A stretch of 64,000 nt of DNA from Gimesia sp. GTDB taxonomy: Bacteria > Planctomycetota > Planctomycetia > Planctomycetales > Planctomycetaceae. The position numbers and the translations under genes are program-made. Position 1 is the stretch's first letter; each line of letters starts with the position of its first letter. Under the pieces are notes generated by a model. The model did no database searches, was not told the DNA's origin, and saw only the letters and a list, made by a program, of their open reading frames with translations. Where the stretch lies: the NCBI RefSeq assembly GCF_040219335.1, contig NZ_JAVJSQ010000018.1:24518-88517 (forward strand). Reading direction: 5' to 3'. Below, piece after piece: positions 31,135 to 40,463 of this stretch.

Positions 31135-32136
31135 TTAGAATTCTCCAACGACCTGTCCATCGTCACGTACACATAATTGGCGGAGCGTGTTCATGTCGAT
31201 GTTTTCTGATAGGAAGCGAACGGAGCCATCGGTCAGTACGGCGTGTACGCCACCCACGTGATGTGAGTTAATGACCGTGTTAGCAGAATAGGCACTGTTG
31301 GCGTATCCCGGGGCTCCAGAGGACCAGAATGCATTAGGAGGGTTCCGCACGGTGGTAGTCCCGGCTGTGTACCAGAACCCGCCAGAGCTAAGAGGCAACG
31401 GCGTGCCGGCATTCCATGTAGAAAGGCTCGCGTTGGCCCACCCGTGCCAGGCCCCCAGTGCATTGGCACCCTTTTGAGCTCCATTCACCTGACCGGACTG
31501 TTCAGCGAGGATCAAGGTATTCGATGTTCCGTCGGTACAGTCGCGGAAACGGATGCTTTTGTAGGGGATCATCATTCCAGTGTTACAGTTGCTGGAACTG
31601 CTCGCCAGCACGTCACCGGTGCAGACATTGGTGCGGCCCACAGGATCGGGGGTAGCACCAGAGATACCGACGTAATCGACGATCATGCTCTGCAGGCTGG
31701 GATTGGACGTACTGTCAGAAAGACTGTAGTCAGTGGTATTAGTCATACCGAAAGGGTTAGAGGGGCACTTGTAAACGGGGAGACGCACCGAATACAGCAC
31801 CGTATTCCCTGGGAAACCGCTGTGGGCATAGTAACCATTCGGACGTGTCAGCTGAGAATAGATGTTGGCTTGATCAAGGTAGGGGAGAATCGCGGCTCGC
31901 CAGTTAGAATACGAGCCGGTCTGGGCCCCGATGGGGAGTGCCTGAAAATTGTCATTGTAATTATGCAGGGCGAGTCCCAATTGCTTCATATTGTTTTTGC
32001 AGGTTGAGCGGCGAGCTGCTTCGCGCGCCTGCTGGACTGCCGGCAGGAGCAGGGCGATCAGAATCGCGATGATGGCGATCACGACCAAAAGTTCAATTAA
32101 GGTAAATCCTCTTCTCAGTTTTCTTGGTGGGTTCAT
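31135..32136 (-). CDS. DUF1559 protein with prepilin-type N-terminal methylation motif
   Basis: RRGFTLIELLVVIAIIAILIALLLPAVQQAREAARRSTCKNNMKQLGLALHNY and C-terminal HHVGGVHAVLTDGSVRFLSENID. Confidence 0.9.
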   Translation of the reverse strand: MNPPRKLRRGFTLIELLVVIAIIAILIALLLPAVQQAREAARRSTCKNNMKQLGLALHNYNDNFQALPIGAQTGSYSNWRAAILPYLDQANIYSQLTRPNGYYAHSGFPGNTVLYSVRLPVYKCPSNPFGMTNTTDYSLSDSTSNPSLQSMIVDYVGISGATPDPVGRTNVCTGDVLASSSSNCNTGMMIPYKSIRFRDCTDGTSNTLILAEQSGQVNGAQKGANALGAWHGWANASLSTWNAGTPLPLSSGGFWYTAGTTTVRNPPNAFWSSGAPGYANSAYSANTVINSHHVGGVHAVLTDGSVRFLSENIDMNTLRQLCVRDDGQVVGEF

Positions 32137-32542
32137 GGAGTGCCTCTTCTTTAAAAGGGTAGGATCATGTAAGGAAGGAAAAAGTTATGGACTCAGACGT
32201 ATGAAGTAATGAGATCTAAACTTGTTGCACTGAGTTAGTTGGTAGCGGATACCAGGTAGGAGTTTCTCAGGTAATAACTTTACTATTTAATAAACAAGCT
32301 TAATATAAGTGTGGGCTTATGTTTTTTCAATAGTCAGTTTCGGTTAACATTTCGTTTATCAAAACAATGTTGACCTGCTGCCAGTTAAGACACCATTTAC
32401 ACGCCTTAATATTCTGTTCTTTTCATAGTTTTTCTACTAAGCCGTTGGAGCGGAGCGGAAGCGGGCGAGAAGGACAACTTTGCTTCCGGCACCGGGGCTC
32501 TGTAGCCCAGTGAACTGTGCGGCCTGATGGAAACGTCATTCG

Positions 32543-34145
32543 TGCTGTTTGTCACGACATTTCCTACAAATTCGCGCGAGTTCTCGACACTCTCATACCA
32601 CCATATGACGAAGATCTCTTCCCTCGGGCACCTTGAATCACCAGAATCTGGGCATGTCCAACAGCAAACGCAGGCAGCGTACCTATGACCATCGACTGAA
32701 AGAACTCGTTCGCTCCACCGGCAACATTGATGTCGCTCTTCAACGTGGTGTCCCTCGATCTACGGCCCGAGGCTGGCTGACAAAGAACATGTCCGGCGTA
32801 ATCACCGTCGACGTCTTAGATATGAGTCTGGTAGAACTACAACGTGATGTGGTCGCACTGCGTCGTCGCAACGCCAGACTTATTGCTTTGCTGCGTCTGA
32901 TCATCACCGTCATGAAAGTGACTCACTTCACACTGTCACAAATTCGGCTTCCGCAAGAAGCCCAAAAGCTCCGAGTGCTGCAGGCCATCGAATATTCGCG
33001 AAAGCATTTTCCATTGAAAACTGTCCTGCGTGTGATCGGTCTGTCGCACGGTCGCTACCGTGAGTGGAAGCGGGTTGAATGTGGTCTGGATGACCTGCCA
33101 TCGTGCCCTCGATCGTCACCACATCAGCTCACTGCCGCAGAAATGAGAACGATTCAGGAAATGGTCACATCTGAAAAATACCGTCATGTAGCAACCGGGA
33201 CACTGGCACGCCTGGCGGAACGAATGGGTAAGATGTTCGCTTCTCCGTCGACCTGGTACCGTCTGGTCCGAATCCACAAATGGCGGAGAGTGCGGTCACG
33301 CGTTTATCCTGCAAAGCCGAAAGTGGGGATCCGTGCGATACGGGCCAATGAAATCTGGCATGTTGATACGTCATTAGTCCGGCTGGTTAACGGGGGCCGG
33401 GCTTATATTCACGCGGTGATCGACAATTACTCACGGCGCATTCTTGCCTGGCGTGTACTTGATCGCTTCGAGCCGGGCATCACCGCCCGGTTATTCCTGG
33501 ACGTATCGCAGGCCACGACTGTGGGAAAGCCAACCGTGTTCGTCGACGGTGGTCGTGAGAACTATAATGCGGCCATCGATGAGGTCATCGAGTCCGGTCT
33601 ATTGAAAAGAGTTCTGGCACAGACCAAAATCCAATATTCCAACTCGCTTATCGAATCGTGGTGGCGTGTGCTTAAGCATCAATGGCTTTATTTCCATGAA
33701 CTGGATTCCGCGCAAGCGGTTGAAAACCTGGTGGCTTTCTACGTCGAGCAATACAACACGTATTTACCACATTCCGCGTTCCAGGGGCAGACTCCTGACG
33801 AGATGTACTATGGGACGGGGCAAGAGATACCGGGGCAACTGCAGGAAGCGCGTATCGCAGCGAGAAAATCACGGATGGAGTCAAATCGATCTCAGAGCTG
33901 TCGGATGTGTGAGGAACTTCTCGCGGTCAGTAATTGAGTGTGAGAGTGGCAGGATAGATTTAACAGGTTAGTCGTTCACCGTTGATGATCTCCACCGGGG
34001 ATTTCACCCTGCGATCGTTGGCTCACCGTGTAAGTGCTATTTGGTGCGGCGATGATGGTTCCAGCGTTTCGTTGCCGAATGGACTGGGTTTTTCCCAAGT
34101 GCGAGAACTCGCGCGAAAATGTCGGGAATGTCATGACAAACAGCA
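32543..34145 (+). mobile_element. Insertion sequence, about 1.6 kb, with about 48-bp imperfect terminal inverted repeats
   Basis: IRL TGCTGTTTGTCACGACATTTCCTACAAATTCGCGCGAGTTCTCGACAC (32543-32590). The reverse complement of 34099-34145 is TGCTGTTTGTCATGACATTCCCGACATTTTCGCGCGAGTTCTCGCAC. TG...CA termini and a single transposase ORF inside. I saw no clear target-site duplication. Confidence 0.75.
32654..33937 (+). CDS. DDE (rve/integrase-core) transposase, IS481/IS3-like
   Basis: N-terminal HTH-like region. Catalytic core WHVDTS (D), VFVDGGRENYN (D), LIESWWRVLKHQW (E). Confidence 0.85.
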   Translation: MSNSKRRQRTYDHRLKELVRSTGNIDVALQRGVPRSTARGWLTKNMSGVITVDVLDMSLVELQRDVVALRRRNARLIALLRLIITVMKVTHFTLSQIRLPQEAQKLRVLQAIEYSRKHFPLKTVLRVIGLSHGRYREWKRVECGLDDLPSCPRSSPHQLTAAEMRTIQEMVTSEKYRHVATGTLARLAERMGKMFASPSTWYRLVRIHKWRRVRSRVYPAKPKVGIRAIRANEIWHVDTSLVRLVNGGRAYIHAVIDNYSRRILAWRVLDRFEPGITARLFLDVSQATTVGKPTVFVDGGRENYNAAIDEVIESGLLKRVLAQTKIQYSNSLIESWWRVLKHQWLYFHELDSAQAVENLVAFYVEQYNTYLPHSAFQGQTPDEMYYGTGQEIPGQLQEARIAARKSRMESNRSQSCRMCEELLAVSN

Positions 34146-34152
34146 GGGCAAA

Positions 34153-34253
34153 ATCGGACCCCGAAAAGCCCCTTATCGGACATTTAATAGGACTATTTAT
34201 CGGACTTTTACCCAAATAGGGGGTGTTGGGACAGCGGTATTGGGACGGCGGGA
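34153..34253. repeat. GGAC-repeat array (six GGAC plus one GGAA in about 100 nt)
   Basis: GGA at 34156, 34178, 34190, 34202, 34229, 34243 and 34251. Two near-identical 14-mers: ttatcggacattta (34173-34186) and ttatcggactttta (34197-34210). Confidence 0.8.
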
Positions 34254-34274
34254 ATTCGTAAGCACAATAAAAAT

Positions 34275-34302
34275 GGCCACTTACCAGTTTCGGTAAGTGG
34301 CC
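34275..34302. terminator. Bidirectional-looking terminator hairpin
   Basis: ggccacttacc / ggtaagtggcc 11-bp stem. Preceded by aaaa, followed by ttt. The minus-strand reading is followed by atttttatt. Confidence 0.6.
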
Positions 34303-34306
34303 TTTA

Positions 34307-34321
34307 AGTGGAGGCGGCGGG
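34307..34321. repeat. 15-nt motif agtggaggcggcggg (copy B)
   Basis: Exact match to 21133-21147. Confidence 0.8.
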
Positions 34322-35125
34322 AAAGAGTTTTGGGAGATGTGGCGTCGCTCTAAGTGTCATGATGGTAATTGTTTGTATGAATCATGTTTTTTTGTTTTTT
34401 CTCGAAATTCGTAAAAATCAGATACGAAATCAGACACATCAGACATGGGGGAGATGTGCATGGAGTGATATTAGTGGAGGTGAGTTGCCTCAAACCCGTA
34501 TTCTGATGCATGTGTAGGTCTTGGATAGAGCTACAGGAAGCTAAGAAGCTGTCCGCAACCTCTCGGTATATCTGCTTCATTCGCTCATTTTACTCAGTGA
34601 GCGGGGCAGGATCGTCAAAGGGGCGATCGGACCACTTGCTGCACCCGCTCGCAATCCTTGAGACAGCAGGTAAGCAGATAGGAATTCAGTTCCTGAGATC
34701 TCGTGATAAAGGCACAGGAGTAGTCCATCTCCGCTGGAGCGTTTTGACGCGGCTCTAGACTGCTGGTTTGGCTGGCAGGCATCAGATATATCACATGCGA
34801 CTACAGACCTAGGCAGCGTCCTCCGGCGCCTTCAACTGAGGGGAGATGCCCTCATTGAGAGTGGAGGCGAGGTTGTGAATCAATGGATTGAAGCCCAGTA
34901 TACACCTCAAGATGACATCGACTCCATATGCGAGGAATTCTTCCTCAGTGGTGAGTAGGACGGCCAATGCCTAGTCCTGATGGGTAGCGTAAAGGATGGG
35001 AAGACGGCTCTGCAAAACCGCTACGATCGACTTGCTCGCAACGAAGGCAAGCCGCCCGTAGCAATCCTTCGCTACGGTTACCATTAATGTACTCTTTTCT
35101 ACATTGTCATTCTCAATCTGAGCAA

Positions 35126-36598
35126 CTACTTACATTCCAGCATCACGAGTGTCAGATCGTCGTTTGGTGAAGCGTTATTACGGTAGGCGGCTATTGCGTC
35201 GTTGATCCGCATTGTATCTGCCAGTGGAGAATTTTTTGTTCCAGGAGAGAAGAGCTCAGTCAGTCGATGCACTCCGAAAAGCGTGCCATCAGAGTTTGCT
35301 GTTTCTGTGACTCCATCACTGAAGAGTAAGATACGATCTCCTGAAGAAAGTATGGTATGCCTCTGTTCCCAGTCGGCTTTCAGATCGATTCCAATCAGCA
35401 AGCCTGTGCTTTTCAACAGTTCAACATTTCCAGATACTCTTTTCAAAATTGCCGGTAAATGGCCTGCGCTGACCCAGGTCAATTCACGTGACTCCGGTTC
35501 CCAACGTGCCAGGATTACTGATGCAAAATTGCCGGGCAGTATCGCAGCAGTAAATTGCCGGTTTACTTCTTTCATAATAGCAACTGGATCAAAAGGAGGG
35601 TTCTCAGAAGCGGCCAGCAGGAGCGATTTCAGCATCGCTGCCCCCATCGCAGCCGGAACGCCGTGTCCGCTCACATCAGCAATACAGATGAACCATGATC
35701 CATCCGGTAGAGGCAGGAAATCGTAGTAATCTCCGGCGACACTGTCAGCCGGTTCAAATATGTGGGCTGTTTCGAGCTGTGGGATCTGTACGCCATGTGG
35801 CAAAAGATACTGCTGGATCTTTCTTGCTTTTTCCATCTGGCTGCGTCGATCACGATCATTTTCCTTTAATGCCACGCTCATGGAATTAATAGACGAAGAG
35901 AGTAAGTTCATCTCACAACTACTGAAAGTGGGAGCGACAGCATCAAAATTCCCTGATCTAATATTCTCGACTGTAATTAACAGCTGATCCAGTGGTCTAC
36001 CTACGATTTTCAGCAACACGAGATTAACAATTCCAGCAGCGATCATTCCTAAAGCCCCGAGCACAGCAAGCTGAACCAGAACTTTGGATCGTATTGATCG
36101 ACGTACATTATTTAATGTTTCAATGACAAAGACGCTGGCCTCTCTGCCTGGTTGATATCCGATGACAAGCTGGTGTTGCTGGAAATCATCTAGTTTAAAA
36201 GAAGCCGGATTGGAAAAATCAAACTCCGTCAAGATAGACTCAGCCCCAAGAGGATCACCGCCAGCCTGTATATATTCCCCCTGTAAGTTGACAATGATGC
36301 GATGGCCAGGAGATGCCGATTTTCTCATTTTATCACAGACGTTGTTGATATAACTTTGAACGTCATGATCTTGATGGTCCTGTATTAAATGTGAAACAGC
36401 AGACTGGATAGCAATGGCTTCATCATTCAAACCGGTTCGCATCTGTGCTGTCGCATTCTCGATTTCCCGAAAATATTGAAAAATCAACAGAACTGCCAAT
36501 GCAATGCTGAGAGTCAGGTTTACAGACAGCAGCAGCTGAAACCGGATCGTACGCGGTTGTTTCCACAAACCTCTGAATCTGGCCAATAAATCTGACAT
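35126..36598 (-). CDS. HAMP-domain PP2C/SpoIIE-family protein phosphatase
   Basis: Two TM segments, a HAMP region (LLKIVGRPLDQLLITVENIRSGNFD), and SpoIIE motifs GDYYDF, ADVSGHGVPAAM, LLFSDGVTE. Confidence 0.85.
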   Translation of the reverse strand: MSDLLARFRGLWKQPRTIRFQLLLSVNLTLSIALAVLLIFQYFREIENATAQMRTGLNDEAIAIQSAVSHLIQDHQDHDVQSYINNVCDKMRKSASPGHRIIVNLQGEYIQAGGDPLGAESILTEFDFSNPASFKLDDFQQHQLVIGYQPGREASVFVIETLNNVRRSIRSKVLVQLAVLGALGMIAAGIVNLVLLKIVGRPLDQLLITVENIRSGNFDAVAPTFSSCEMNLLSSSINSMSVALKENDRDRRSQMEKARKIQQYLLPHGVQIPQLETAHIFEPADSVAGDYYDFLPLPDGSWFICIADVSGHGVPAAMGAAMLKSLLLAASENPPFDPVAIMKEVNRQFTAAILPGNFASVILARWEPESRELTWVSAGHLPAILKRVSGNVELLKSTGLLIGIDLKADWEQRHTILSSGDRILLFSDGVTETANSDGTLFGVHRLTELFSPGTKNSPLADTMRINDAIAAYRNNASPNDDLTLVMLECK

Positions 36599-36803
36599 GA
36601 TGTGCCTTCAGTCGTTTCTGTCTCATAGAATTGGAAATAAGCAGTAAACATCTCAAGAATGCTTATTTAAGAGAAAAGAGATGCTGACTTTTTAATTTAC
36701 GCTGGATCTGAAAATGAAGTTCCAGGGGTGTTAAATTCCAGGAGCCATCAATTAATGATCAAGCAGATCATACAGCGCGCATAGAGAATGCAATGAGGAG
36801 AGA

Positions 36804-37193
36804 TCAGGTCAACCAGCTACAAAGAACTTCCTGCTGGTGTAGATTAGGCAGAAATGAGGTCTGGGAGGTCTTTATTACAGTGCGAACCTGCGAATGTTGA
36901 ATGCAGGCGACTTGCGTTATCAACTGAGTGGTTGATAACCGGGAAAACACGGTTTTTGATGGCGTGCGAGTTTTATCTGGCGTAACAGGGAGTTCTTTTT
37001 TGACAGAACACCGACAATGCAACTGCTGGCAGATAGCAGCGCAGCAAATCTGTCTTACTTCAAGCGAAGTGGAACAGCAACATGCCTCTGTAGTACAACC
37101 ATTACTTGACTGCACCGAAGAGGCAACTCCTCCGAAGATGGTGGCTGCCACTAGAATCCAGGAAATCAGAGTTTGTGTACTGGTCTTAAACAC
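36804..37193 (-). CDS. Small secreted Cys-rich protein (hypothetical)
   Basis: Signal-like N-terminus, then CTTEACCCSTSLEVRQICCAAICQQLHCRCS. Same architecture as 37783-38175 and 43209-43673. Confidence 0.45.
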   Translation of the reverse strand: MFKTSTQTLISWILVAATIFGGVASSVQSSNGCTTEACCCSTSLEVRQICCAAICQQLHCRCSVKKELPVTPDKTRTPSKTVFSRLSTTQLITQVACIQHSQVRTVIKTSQTSFLPNLHQQEVLCSWLT

Positions 37194-37782
37194 TGCTGCA
37201 CCGATTTTAAAGGAATGACTCGTTTGTTTTAGGTATCAGACTTACAACAGTCAAGCCTGAATATAGACTACGTCAGGCAGAATAAATCTCACCTGCTGCA
37301 GAACGACTGCACATGCAGTCTGGATCGCGGTTTGTAAATGTTTTACTCGCTAGGCTAAAAACATAAAGTTGCAGAGAAATGTGTAGCAATCAGAAACCTG
37401 GCAAAGAGCTAAATGAAAAGGCGGGGCCTTTCGATAAATTTAAGCGATAGGGATTGCCACCATTTTCCCAGTTGGTTTTGATCTTGGCAGATCGCAGTGA
37501 ATCCTCTAGGATACGTTCCTTTGAATTTTGTCGCGGTAGTCTGGGGGGTATGCCTTGGTTGCACAGCCCTCAAAATCTTTGTTGAAAGCTCTCAGGCTAA
37601 TCAGCAGAATCATCATCACTGTCCAGATTGAATCAAGTGGCGGAACTCTGCATGTCGATGTCAGAAGTGTTTGCCGTGATTTTTCGAGTGGTACGAGAAT
37701 CCTATCCAGTGCCCCTTGATATCTGAGTGACAGGCACGGCCCCGGTAGAATTCTGGAAATCCCTTTTACGTTTAGAGTTGTG

Positions 37783-38175
37783 ATGAAACTGCTTCGCTTG
37801 TTCATGATCGTTCTACTGCTGCAACCTTGCCCGGTCTGCTGGGGGCATGGATTGACCGCACACGGAGAAGCATCTCAACACGACTCCGGCGACTGCAAAG
37901 CGGTTTCTTCAAGCTGTCCCTGTTGTGCTCAGTGGAAACAAAAACAGGGAGTTCAGCAACAGTTACCACAGGATGACGAACATGATTGTCCCTGCACGTG
38001 TCATGTTTCAGACGAAGTATTCGCCTTTACCGGACCAGCGGTACATCTCGAAAGTTGCACTCATCCTGTGACGCTGGTCGTTAGTCTGGATCAATCCTGC
38101 CACTTCATAACTCATCTGAATAACGTAGCAAATGATACTTCACAGGCCGCTGTGATACTCCCGCTGCGCTTATAA
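37783..38175 (+). CDS. Small secreted Cys/His-rich protein (hypothetical)
   Basis: Signal-like MKLLRLFMIVLLLQPCPVCWG, then CKAVSSSCPCCAQW...HDCPCTCH. Confidence 0.5.
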   Translation: MKLLRLFMIVLLLQPCPVCWGHGLTAHGEASQHDSGDCKAVSSSCPCCAQWKQKQGVQQQLPQDDEHDCPCTCHVSDEVFAFTGPAVHLESCTHPVTLVVSLDQSCHFITHLNNVANDTSQAAVILPLRL

Positions 38176-38412
38176 ATTTCTCTCGGGCTCGCTTGCCTGC
38201 TGGCAGTGACGGTCACTGATTGTCCAAGGCGTTATTATCGCCTGGCCGTCTCTTTGGATTCAATGCTGATTCAAATGATACCTGCTGCGCCTGTATCTGT
38301 TTAAATTAAGCCGCACTCCGCTGTCTTTGCATGCATTTCAGGTCGAGTCCATTACCTCTTTTGCAGATCAAAATCGTATTCAAAATCAAAAACAGGTAAG
38401 GAAATTTATAAT

Positions 38413-39198
38413 ATGAAGACTCACACTCTTGTAGGACTGTTTAAAAACAATGGTATCCGTCTGCTGGCCGCAGGCACTCTGCTGGTTTCCCTGTCGAACG
38501 TCTCCCTGGCTCAAAATGCGCCACAGGCAGCAGCATTGAGCAAGGCAGAAGCATCACGTGCTTCCGCAGCGAAACAAAATAAATACACGTTTATCATGTT
38601 CTGGAAAGACCAGGATACAACCACCAAAAGCATGTGGAGCACACTGCAGCAGAATCTGTCCGACAAAAACACAGCGTCCGTTGTGGCGGTTAACACAGGC
38701 GATCCCCAGGAACGCAAGATTATTGAACAGTATGGAGTCTCACGCGCGCCCATGCCGCTTACGCTGGCAGTTGCTCCCAATGGGGCGGTCACCGGTTCCT
38801 ATGTGAAACAGATCAACGCTGACTATATTCAGCAGGCTTTCGTGTCCCCCGCCAAATCCCGGTGCATGCTGAATCTGCAGAGCCGGAAAATGGTGCTGTT
38901 GTGTGTAAGTCCCTCCGGTCAGGCTGGCGTCCCCAAGGGGGTTCAAAATTTCAAATCAATTCCCTGTTACAAGAACGCGGTGGAAGTGATCAACGTTTCA
39001 CAATCTGAACCGGCCGAACGCGACTTTCTGAAAGAGCTGAGAGTGCCCGCATCACAGAACTCTGCCGTTGTTTTCATGGCACCTCCCGGGGTGATGGTTG
39101 GAAAGTATAACAGCAGTGTATCCAGCCAGCAGCTGATTGCCGAACTGAAAAAAGCAGGTAAAAGCTGCGGCGTGGAAGGCTGCAAGCACTGTAAATAA
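38413..39198 (+). CDS. Secreted protein with two thioredoxin-fold-like halves lacking CxxC and a Cys-rich C-terminus
   Basis: Signal peptide ..VSLAQNAP. KYTFIMFWKD...VVAVNTGDPQERKIIEQYGVSRAPMP resembles a Trx-like fold. C-terminal KSCGVEGCKHCK. Confidence 0.45.
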   Translation: MKTHTLVGLFKNNGIRLLAAGTLLVSLSNVSLAQNAPQAAALSKAEASRASAAKQNKYTFIMFWKDQDTTTKSMWSTLQQNLSDKNTASVVAVNTGDPQERKIIEQYGVSRAPMPLTLAVAPNGAVTGSYVKQINADYIQQAFVSPAKSRCMLNLQSRKMVLLCVSPSGQAGVPKGVQNFKSIPCYKNAVEVINVSQSEPAERDFLKELRVPASQNSAVVFMAPPGVMVGKYNSSVSSQQLIAELKKAGKSCGVEGCKHCK

Positions 39199-39238
39199 AC
39201 CAGCACATCACAATCACACATTCAAAAGGAGGTCTCTC

Positions 39239-40459
39239 ATGAAAATGAGAACAATTGTCTGGAAAGAAATGAAAGAGCGTCCTACGGCGCTGATTGCCAG
39301 TCTGCTGGCGATCATTCTGAGTGTGACGGCGCTGGTCGCGATCCGTAACGTCACGATTTTCTCAGAGCAGGAGGTCGCCGGTAAACTCGACGAACTGGGA
39401 GCAAACGTACTGATTCTCCCTGAAGGAGTCACGCTGCAGGACTACTATGCAGCAGACATGCACAAGGAAACCATCCCCGAAGAACACGTGGCTGAGCTGG
39501 CACTGGCGGGACTGACCGGAGTGGAGGCAATGACGCCCAAACTTTGTGTTCCCACCAGGCTGGATGATCGCAACGTGATTCTGACAGGTATCCTGCCACA
39601 GTCTGAAATTCAGAAGATGAATGCCTGGTCGGGGGGAGGGATGCTTTTTAAGAAACATGAAGGCTGTAAAGCCAAGATTAACGTGGCCGATGAAAATCTG
39701 GATGCCCCTGAATCTCTGGCAGAACGCCGGGCATTACAGCATCTTAATCAATCGGAAGTACTGCTTGGCGCTGATTTTGCTGCCCGTCAGGGGCTGAAAG
39801 AAGGCGATCAGCTCCAGCTTCTGGGGGAAACGTTTGACGTGCTCAGCGTGCTTCCTGCAACGGGGACAGTCGATGACAGCCGGGTGTTTGCGCACCTGCA
39901 CACCGTGCAGCGGTTGTCAGGGGCGGGCCCGGTTGTGAATATCATTGAGGTCATGGGCTGCTGTGAAGATGTTGCCAACGGCCTGGTAGGGGAGTTGCAG
40001 TCGCTGTTGCCCGACACCAAGGTAGTTACGATTGCCAACGTCGTTGAAACTCAGGTTTCGATTAACCGGATGATGACCAATCTGTCGTACCTGTTCCTGG
40101 CGATTCTGGTTGCCGTTGGCGGTGTCAGCATGGCCAGCGCGAGCTTCGCGAATGTCATGGAACGTCGCCGTGAGATCGGAACCCTGATGGCCCTGGGGGC
40201 CACACCCCGATTTGTGACCCGACTGTTCCTGGCCAAGGCGGCACTGCTCGGTCTGGCCGGTGGGATCAGCGGATATGTTCTGGGGAGTCTGATTGCGGTC
40301 TTCCTCGGACCGGCATTTGCAGATGTCTCGGTATTTCCTGTCCCCAGTCTGGCAATCATTGCCGCTGCGGTTGCGGTACTGGTGACACTGGCCGCCAGTT
40401 ATTTCCCGGCGCGTCAGGCATCCCGCCTCGACCCCTGTCTCTGTTTCAAGGAGGTCTAA
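39239..40459 (+). CDS. ABC transporter permease, FtsX/MacB-type
   Basis: One N-terminal TM, a large periplasmic domain, and a C-terminal FtsX-like 3-TM bundle (REIGTLMALGATPRFV...). Confidence 0.85.
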   Translation: MKMRTIVWKEMKERPTALIASLLAIILSVTALVAIRNVTIFSEQEVAGKLDELGANVLILPEGVTLQDYYAADMHKETIPEEHVAELALAGLTGVEAMTPKLCVPTRLDDRNVILTGILPQSEIQKMNAWSGGGMLFKKHEGCKAKINVADENLDAPESLAERRALQHLNQSEVLLGADFAARQGLKEGDQLQLLGETFDVLSVLPATGTVDDSRVFAHLHTVQRLSGAGPVVNIIEVMGCCEDVANGLVGELQSLLPDTKVVTIANVVETQVSINRMMTNLSYLFLAILVAVGGVSMASASFANVMERRREIGTLMALGATPRFVTRLFLAKAALLGLAGGISGYVLGSLIAVFLGPAFADVSVFPVPSLAIIAAAVAVLVTLAASYFPARQASRLDPCLCFKEV

Positions 40460-40463
40460 CCAG

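Noticed and set aside
34308-34517. ORF of 69 aa starting GTG GAG GCG GCG GG (MEAAG...). A 20-codon counterpart at 21134 starts with the same five codons.
   Set aside because: There is no Shine-Dalgarno, and similarity stops after five codons. The composition is not protein-like. The shared 15-mer is better treated as a nucleotide-level repeat.
34790-35093. Plus-strand frame ...VVNQWIEAQYTPQDDIDSICEEFFLSGE*DGQCLVLMGSVKDGKTALQNRYDRLARNEGKPPVAILRYGYH* with a single in-frame TAG.
   Set aside because: It looks protein-like, but it has no recognisable domain, no clear start and one internal stop. It could be a decayed gene tail and is not callable.
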